Shown piece after piece: positions 50,001-59,000 of a stretch of 64,000 nt of DNA. Source of the stretch: Chiloscyllium plagiosum (lineage: Eukaryota). The stretch is from NCBI RefSeq assembly GCF_004010195.1, contig NC_057720.1, positions 2,818,343 through 2,882,342 on the forward strand, written 5' to 3'. A program made the translations under genes and the position numbers. Position 1 is the stretch's first letter, and the number at the start of each line of letters is the position of its first letter. The notes below the pieces were generated by a model. It had not been told where the DNA came from. It ran no database searches and saw nothing but the letters and a program-made list of their open reading frames with translations.

Positions 50001-53000
50001 TACCCCTAACACCATGCGTCCGTATCTTATGCAGCAGCCTCTTCAGGGGCACCTTGTCAAAGGCCTTTTGGAAATCTAGCACCACATCCACTGGGTCCCC
50101 ATTGTCCATCTTGCTTGAAATATCTTCATAGAATTCCAAAAGATTTGTGAAGCATGACGTGCCCTTCATGAACCCATGCTGCATGCACCATAACCTGGTG
50201 TCGTGTGAATTCTGACTTTGTCCACCCCAGTCCAACACCGGCACCTCCACATCCACCTTCCTGGGTGCGTGTGAGAACCCCACCCCCACTTGTGCTTCTT
50301 TGTCTCATTGAAAATAGAGCTGAAAATGTGTTGCTGGAAAAGCGCAGCAGGTCAGGCAGCATCCAAGGAGCAGGAGAAACGACGTTTCGGGCATAAGCCC
50401 TTCCTCATTGAAAATAGACACTTAGGAGAACTCAATAGCTGTTTACCAAGTGCCTGACTGATGCGGACAGTCCAGCACCACTGTGGCAACAGTACCATCC
50501 CAGGATTCAAAGCTTGGGAGTGGGGCCAACAGAAGGGCAACAAATGAGGTGTGTGGGCAAGTTAGGGCATTGAGGAGATGGGGCAGCAATTGACTGACAG
50601 CACAAGGATTGGTGACTGCATGGATGGTGAACACATTCCCTGCAGTTACTGTGACTGCGAGCACAGCCTTATCTCAAATGGAGGTGGGAACTGTTTAAAG
50701 TGACTGACGGATCCCCAGAGAAGCCTCAGTCGCAGAAACATCACCGTGTTTCTGCGACAGTTATATTCAGCTGATTTAAGGCACATTTGTGGTAAGATCT
50801 ATTCATAAACCTCCAGGAAAACCTAACTATAGATTCCCTACAGTGTGGAAGCCGGCCATTCTGCCCATCAAGTCCACACAACCCTCCAAAAAACATCCAC
50901 CCAGACCGATTCCATCTCAATAGCCCTGCATATCCTATGGCTATTCCACCTAGCCTGCATACTCCTGAACACTATGGGCCATTTCCCATGGCCAATTCAC
51001 CCGAACCTGCACATCTTTGGACTGTGGGAAGAAACCCACGCAGACACAGTGAGAATGTGCAAACTCCACACAGAGAGTCGCCTGAGGCTGGAATCGAGCC
51101 CGGGTACCTGGTGCTGTGAGGCAGCAGTGCTAACCACTGTGCCACCCTCACAATGTTCAGAAGGTGTCCTAGGTTGTGTTTCGTAACCTTTAATGATGAG
51201 TTTGGAGAATATTCAACGCATTTTGTTGAATTCTGGGCCCCAGACCTAAGGAAGGGAGTGAGGGGATTGACCTGGCCACAGAGGAGGTAGATGGGCAAGG
51301 CATGCAGGCCTGAAGGAGTTTGGACTTTAAACCAAAGGGAAGGTTTAAGGAAGATTTGATGAGGTGTTCAAAACCATGGGGAGGAATTGCTCCTATTGGT
51401 GCAAGGACTGAGAACCACAGGAGACTGAATGTAGTTGGATGGGCTGAATAGTCTCCTCTTAGCCTGCAGTCATTCCATTATTAATTCCCCGCTCCTTACT
51501 GCATAATCACAACAAGATATTGGCAAGAATCCGATCGAGGGTGACGACAACAAGAGATTGTTAGAGCAAAGTGCACCAATTTAATTTGAAATCACCACCT
51601 CTCAGTACCTCTCAATACATCGATATTGTGTAGAATGATGTCTGCATAAATATTTCTTAATATTCCTGTTCAATGAAGTTCTGTCTTTTTGAACACCTTG
51701 GTTTGTGGTTTGTGTTATAGGGGCCTCGAGGCCAACCTGGTGAAGTTGGTACTGTCGGAGGGATCGGTCCGGAGGTAATTATTTCAATACTTTATTTCTT
51801 CCTTAGCTCGTGTCAAGCTTTGCCCTGTTCCTTGTTGAAGTGTTAAATTCAATACACAGTAAAAAATAAAATCCTGAGGATGCTGGAAATCTGAAACAAA
51901 AGCAGAAATGGCTGGAGAAACTCAGCAGGTCTGGCAGCATCTGTGCAGAGAAAAAGAACAGAGTTAATGTTTCGAGTCCAGTTCTGAAGTAAACAGAAGC
52001 TGCCGGACCTGCTGAGTTTCTCTAGCACCTGCTACTTGTGCTGAGAAGCTGGAATTTTGTTTTCTGTCGGGCCCAATGTTGAGCCATATGATTGGCCAGG
52101 CCAATAATTATCACTTGATTAATATCTGAAAAGAGTTACCTAATCAATACCTCGGAGTCATTTGTGGAACAGATAGAGGCCTTTCAGCCCATCAAATTCA
52201 TGCTAACTCTCTGTGGTGCAATAAAAATAAAAGGTGCTGGAGAGGTTCAGCAGGTCCAGTCGCACTTTTGTTTATTATATTGTGGGATAGGGCTGGGCCC
52301 AGCATTTATTACCCGTCCCTAGTTGTCGCTTCAGAAAGTGGGGGTGAGCTGCCTTCTTGAAACTCCATGTGCTGTAGGTAGTCCCACAATGCCCTTAGGA
52401 AGGGAATTCTAGGATTTTGACCCAGTGACAGTGAAGGAACGGCGATATATTTCCAAGTCAGGATGGTGAGTGGCTTAGAGGGGAATGTGCAGGGGGTGGT
52501 GTTCCCACGTGTCCTTGTCCTTCCAGATGGAAGTGGTCATGGGTTTGGAAGGTGCTGTCTGAGGATCTTTGCTGAATTTCTGCAGTGCATCTTGTAGATA
52601 GTAGTAGCAGTGTGTACTGAGTGTCGGTGGTGGAGGGAGTGGATGTTTGTGGATGTGGTGCCAATCAAGTGGGCTACATTGTCCTGGATAGTGTCAAGCT
52701 TCTTGAGTGTTGTTGGAGCTGCACCCATCCAGGGAGCATTCCATCCTGACTTGTGCCTTGTAGATGGTGGACAGGCTTTGGGGAGTCAGGAGGTGAGTGA
52801 CCACAGAAACACAGAGAAGTTGAGGAGATTTAACGGACGTATCCAAAATTCTGAGAAGGTTAAAGGGAGAAACAGTTTGCAGTGACCTGAGGATTTGTAT
52901 TTATCCAACTGACAACACAACAGGGAGTTGTATTCTGGAATAAACTGCCTGAAAAGGTGGTAGAAAAGGTTTTAAAGAATAATAATTTACAAAACTGGAT

Positions 53001-56000
53001 AAATTCTTGAAGCGAAAAATATTTATGGGTAATGGGTAAAGAGCAAGGTGAGAGTGGGAGGTCTTTCAGAGAGCTAGCACAGAGCTAATAGGCTGCATGT
53101 CCTCCCTCAGTTTGTGTCATTCAATGATTCTATCAGAAATGCTTCACATTATGAAGAGTGTTTTTATTTTTAACGGCACAGGGACCTCCAGGAGCAATGG
53201 GAGATCCGGGGCACCCAGGGGAACCTGGATTCAAGGTAGGTGTGTGACCTAAGCAGCTCACAAACCAAGGGCTCCCTACCTCGTACAATCACACGGAGGT
53301 CGCAGGCTGAGGTACAATTTCCCGTCAGTATTAACAGTTGGAGACATTTAGCTTGCACCATAGATCACTTTAGTCTACTTGTGGTCAGGAAATTTGAACT
53401 CCTTACTTCAGGAAGAACTCTGAGGCAAGCGGATTCCAGACTGAGATGAGGTGGATTGTCTTCACCCACAGCCTGTAGAATTCACGACCACAAAAAACAA
53501 CTGAGGCCAAAACTTTTAATGTTTCCAAGAAGGAGTTCTAAGGAGCTAAATGGATCAAAGGCCATGGGGATAAAGCAGGAACAGGGGGCGCGGTGGGGGG
53601 GGGGGGGGGTGGTGAGTTGGATGGTCAGCCATGATCATATTGAATGATGGAGCAGGCTCAAAGGGTCAAATGACCTACTCCTGGCCCAAATTTCTATGTT
53701 TCTACACTCCAAAGGCTCACTCCAGTCGGACAGTGGGTTGAGAGGACAGTCCTATGAGGGGAAGTGGAGAAGATTAGGCCATCATTCCCAAGAGTTTTGA
53801 AGAATAAGAGGGTGTGTAGATAGAGAATTCTCAAAGAAGAGAGAATAGATGGTGCGAGGCTGTCTCCTCTGGCTGATAATTTGGGAATACAGAGCCATGG
53901 GCTGGGTTTCTGTGACCGAGACGGGTAACTCGAGTCGGGAAATTTCCTGACCCAACAAAGACATCTCAGCACAAAGTTTCCCAAACAGCAAAATCAGAAA
54001 TTGCTGGAAAAACTCAGCATCTGTGGAGAGAACACAGAGTAACCTTTCTTCAGAATTTCAGAACCTTTTTCCCCAAAGGTTAGTTCCTGCTGTAGGAGAG
54101 GGTGGAGATACTGATGTGGGACAAATTCTGACCCACCCCAGTCGAAGGCAGGTCAGAGGTAACTGCAGGGGAGCCTGAATACCCAGGCACTCTGGGATAA
54201 TAGGCCCTTCCCCTTAACTGTGGTCATCTCCTGCCACCATTTTGGAAGCCCTATGGAGCCTCTGGGAATCAGTGAAAATCTGGCCAATCGTCTCACTTAG
54301 ACTTTAGGGGTAGTTTCTTCACTCAATGGTGTTGAATCTTCGGAATTTTCCACATCAGAGGCCAAAGCCTGCTCAGTTACTGAGGAGAATCACCACCATG
54401 TTACCACAGAGAATGGCAGGCTCTCACTCTCTGTTGGGAGAGTGAAGGAGGATGATGTTCATGTTGGAGATCTTTCTACTCTAGCTCCTATTTCTCTGAC
54501 AAATTAACCTGTGAATCTCATTGTGCTGTTACAAAGTGGGTGCCTTAAGACAGTCAATCTCCCAGTCCAGTCAAGAAATTGCATTTCTTCTTCCACTTCT
54601 ATGAATAGCAACATCTGAAGCTACTTGTAACAGGACCTCCAGCAGCAGGTGGCGACAGTGAGGGAGGGCACCAAGCAGGGCAGCTGGAGCAGTCAAACCG
54701 ACCTTCTCTGAAGGAGGGAGACTTGATAGGGAGAAAAATCAGACAGGTGAAGGAACTCTGAAAGCAGATGTAAATGACAGGGTTCAGTCCATGTAAATAC
54801 TTCCTTGATTAATTATAATGTTCCTTCATGTTGATAATTAACTAACGTTAATGGAATAAAGGATCCCTGCTTCATGATGTTTGGGCTGTCTGTGTGTTCA
54901 GATCTCAAGTTCCATGAGCAAAACCCTTGAGTATATTCCTCTTGTTCTGATGATTTGGTCCATTCATTTTGTTCCTTGATTTATTTTTTTCCTCATCCCA
55001 GTCCTTACATGTTTTGCATGAGGTCACGTTCAAAAGGAACACTCTTTATATCTGCATTGATTTAGACATTTCTGGTTGCCAATCCCCAGTGTTAGTCAGA
55101 CGTTGTCCAGAAACATTTCATTCCAGAGACGTCCTTTGAAACTCAGTGTTGTTGATGTGAGAATGAGCATGCAGTCTCCAGAGACAAAGAGGTGACCCAC
55201 AAACTGCCAGCCAGCAAAAGGTGCTGTTGGATGTTATAATTCACTCTGTGTTATAGTCACCTCCCTAACCATCACTCCCCCAGCACAAGAACTCAGCAAT
55301 GGGGGAAATGTGAAAACAAAGATGGGAAAATTAAATTCAGAGTATTGGTTCACTAGGTGTGCAAGCAGAGAGCAGGATGGGTAATTGGAACATGGTGAGA
55401 GTTTTAGATTATGTTAAAGACCATACCAGACCCTTTCAAAAAATTTAAGAGGTAGCCTAGACCCTAACTTTTTGTTGCCTTAAATTCAAATGTAAAGTGC
55501 AGTGTTCCGGATGCCACGCGACTGGTCAAACTACTCGACATTAAACAAAACACAATTTATTTAAACATTATCATTAAACTACAACCAAGGAAAGAGGAAT
55601 TTAGCATAACATCTCCATTGGAAAACTTAACAGAACAACAGATAGTAACTACTACTAATTAACTGTTCTGACATAGTAACATCTCATAAACACACCCCTT
55701 GGCAAAAAGGCAAATCCAGAAAAATAGGTTTGTCTCACAGGAATCAGGGAGTGTCCCAGAGGACTAGAAAATTGCTAACATGGCATCCCTGGGAGTAAGG
55801 CAAAAGACGGAAAATTACAGACTGATTAACCTGACCTCGATCATGGGTAAGATCCTGGAATCCATTGTGAAGGATGAGATTTCTGTTTACTTGGAAGTGT
55901 ATGGTAAAATAGGGCAAACCTGAAAATGTGTTGCTGGAAAAGCGCAGCAGGTCAGGCAGCATCCAAGGAGCAGGAGAATCGACGTTTCGGGCATGAGCCC

Positions 56001-59000
56001 TTCTTCAGGGAAATAGGGCAAAGTCAGCATGGTTTCATCAAAGGGAGGTCATGTCTGACAAATCTGCTAGAATTCATTGAGGAAGAAATGAGCATGTTAG
56101 ACCAAGGAGAGTCAATGAATGTTATCTACCTGGACATCAAGGAGGCCTTTGACAATGTGTCACACAGGAAGCTACTGAGTAAGGTAAGGGCCCATGGTGT
56201 TATAGGCAAGGTGCTAGCATGGATAGAAGCCTGGCTGTCTGGCAGAAAGCAGAGAGTGAGGATAAAATGGTCTTTCTCAGGATATGACAAGTGGTGTTCC
56301 GTAAGGCTCAGTGTTGGGACCACAACTTCTCACTTTATACATTAACGATCTGGATGAAGGACCTGAGGGCATTCTGGGTAAGTTTGCAGAGATTCAAAGA
56401 TAGGTAGAGGGACAGGTAGTATTGAGGAGGTGGGGAGGCTGCAGAAGGATTTGGACAGGTTAGGAGAGTGGGCAAAGAAGTGGCAAATGGAGCACAGTGT
56501 GGGAAAATATGAAGTCATGCACTTTGGTAGAAAGAATAGAGGCATGGACTATTTTCTAAATGGGGAGAAAATTCAGAAGTGAAGTACAAAGGGACTTGGG
56601 AGTTCTAGCCCAGGATTCTCTCAAGGTAAACTTGTAGGTTGAGTCAGAAGTTAGGAAGACAAATGCAATAATGGCATTTATTTTGAGAGGACTTGAATCT
56701 AAAAGCAGGGATGTACTTCTGAGGCTCTGTAAGGCTCTGGTCAGACTATATTTGGAGTATTGTGCGCAGTTTTGGGCCCCATATCTCAGGAAAGATGTAC
56801 TGGCCCTGGAGCGTATTCAGAGGAGATTCACGAGCATGGTCTCAGGAATGAAAAGCTTAACATATGAGGAACGTTTGAGGACTCTGGTTCTATACATGAT
56901 GGAGTTTAGAAGGATAAGGGAGGGGATCTAATTGAAGCTTACAGAATACTGAATGGCCTGGACAGAGTGGATGTTGGGAAGATGTTTCCATTGGTAGGAG
57001 AGACTAGGACCTGAGGGCACAGCCTTAGACTAAAGGGAAGACCTTTTAGAATGGAGATAAGGAGAAATGTCTTCAGCCAGAGAGTGGGGAATCTATGGAA
57101 TTCACTGCCACACAAGTCTGTGGAGGCCGGGTCATTAAGTATACTTAAGACTGAGATAGGTTCTTGATTAGTAAGGGATCAAAGGTTACAGGGAGAAAGT
57201 GGGAGAATGGGGTTGAGAAACTTATCAGCCATGATTGAATGGTGGAGCAGACTCGATGAGCTGTATGGCCTAATTTCTGCTCCTATGTCTTTTGGTCTTA
57301 TATGTAACCCAGCAGCAGAGAGAGAAACATTAGCTTCTAACTGTAACCGAGACAGGGAGAAGATAGCTCCTACTTCAAAACTCCAGCAGCTTCTGCTGAA
57401 TCGAAAAGCGAAAAGAAAACCCTAGAAAACCTGGTCTGTGAGAGCTGGCCACACCCATCCAGGCAGCTTCTATTGTTCCAACTTCATTAAAAAAAAATAC
57501 AACCTGTTAACATTACTGACTTTCTACCTGGATGGTTCAGCACATCTGCCTTAAAACTTCCCTTCAAATAAAACCCTGGACAAAGTAACCTCTTAAAGCC
57601 ACAGTTACAAGCAGCAGAGCCTTGGATGTGTGAACGTTTACAGAAGCAGAGAGACTAACTGGCAAAATGTGAAAGCAGTTAATTTAAGAGGCAGCAAATA
57701 GATTTTTTTTCAAATCTTTGTCCCGTCCTAGCCCCTACATCCCTATCACCTTCCCAATCCTCCACACACTTCCGATTCTGATCTCCCTGCAGTAGCATCT
57801 CTCCGTTCACTGCAGTGTGTCACAGAAACCCTCTGCCGCTTTCATTTCCACATGCAGGTGCTCCTGAAAACATATGTCTTTGGCCAAGTCCCGATCCTCT
57901 GTCCTTATCTCGATTTTTATGGACATTCCCACGAAGTACCTCAGAGCATTTCACTGCAATCAATTTCTTCATGGGTCGCAGGTATTGCTGACTGGGCCAA
58001 CATTTTTTGCTCATTCCTAATTGCCCCTGAACTGAGTGGGTTTATACAACAAGGCAAAATTGAGGACTGCAGATGCTGGAGATCAGAGTCTTGATTAGAG
58101 CGGTGCTGGAAAAGCACAGCAGGTCAAGCAGCATTCTAGGAGCAGGAAAATCAACGTTTCGGGCAAAAGCCCTTCATCAGGTTCATACAGCAGTCAGCAA
58201 TAGTTACCATTAGAATAGCTTTTAATTTCAAATTTATTGTATTAGATTTCACAATCTGCCATGATGGGATTTGAATCTTTGTCCCCGGAGTGTTAGTCTG
58301 ATTCTCTGGATAGCTATTCCAGAGACATTACCACCTCCCCCAAGCCTGTAATCCACAGCCCCAAAGCACTTGTTTAAATCGCACTGTGGCAAATAAATAG
58401 AATTCTAAAATCCGAAATGGAAAGCTAGACTCAGTAACAGTGCCCAGGAAAATGGTTCACTAATGTCCTTCAGGGAAGAAACTCTGTCATCCTTACTCAG
58501 TCTGGCCTCTATGTGACTCCAGACCCACAGCAATGTGGTTGGCTCTTAATTGCTATGTGTAGTGGCTGAGCAAGCTACTCAATTCGAGAGCAGCCAGGAA
58601 TAGGGAACAAACCAAATTGTACCCATGTTTGAAACCCAAGTAAAGCAATAGATGGTATGTTCAGATGAGTTGAGATGTAGCTTTTGAGCACATTTTGCAA
58701 GATCGCCCTGTGTGGTATTTACAGAAAATAAGTTGTTTACCAAGCAAACCAATTGAGCAAATTATTTTTGTTCATTCAGGGAATATGGGCACAGTGGCAA
58801 GGCCAGTATTTATTACCCATCTGTAAAGGTTAAGTCAACCACATTGCTGTGGGTCTGGAGTCACGTGCAGTGCAGACTAGTTAAGGGTGGCAGATTTGCC
58901 TCCCTGAAAGACATTAGTGAACCCATTGGGATTTTACAACAATTGACAGAGTCACCGTTAGACCAACTTTTAATTCCAGTACTTTTTAAATTAAATTCTC

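Larger units (their letters stand above)
55412..57609. mobile_element. Probable solo LTR (~640 bp) split by a CR1 LINE
   Basis: TGTTA...TTACA termini, minus-strand AATAAA near 55560, non-LINE sequence on both sides of the CR1; no clean TSD seen. Confidence 0.45.
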
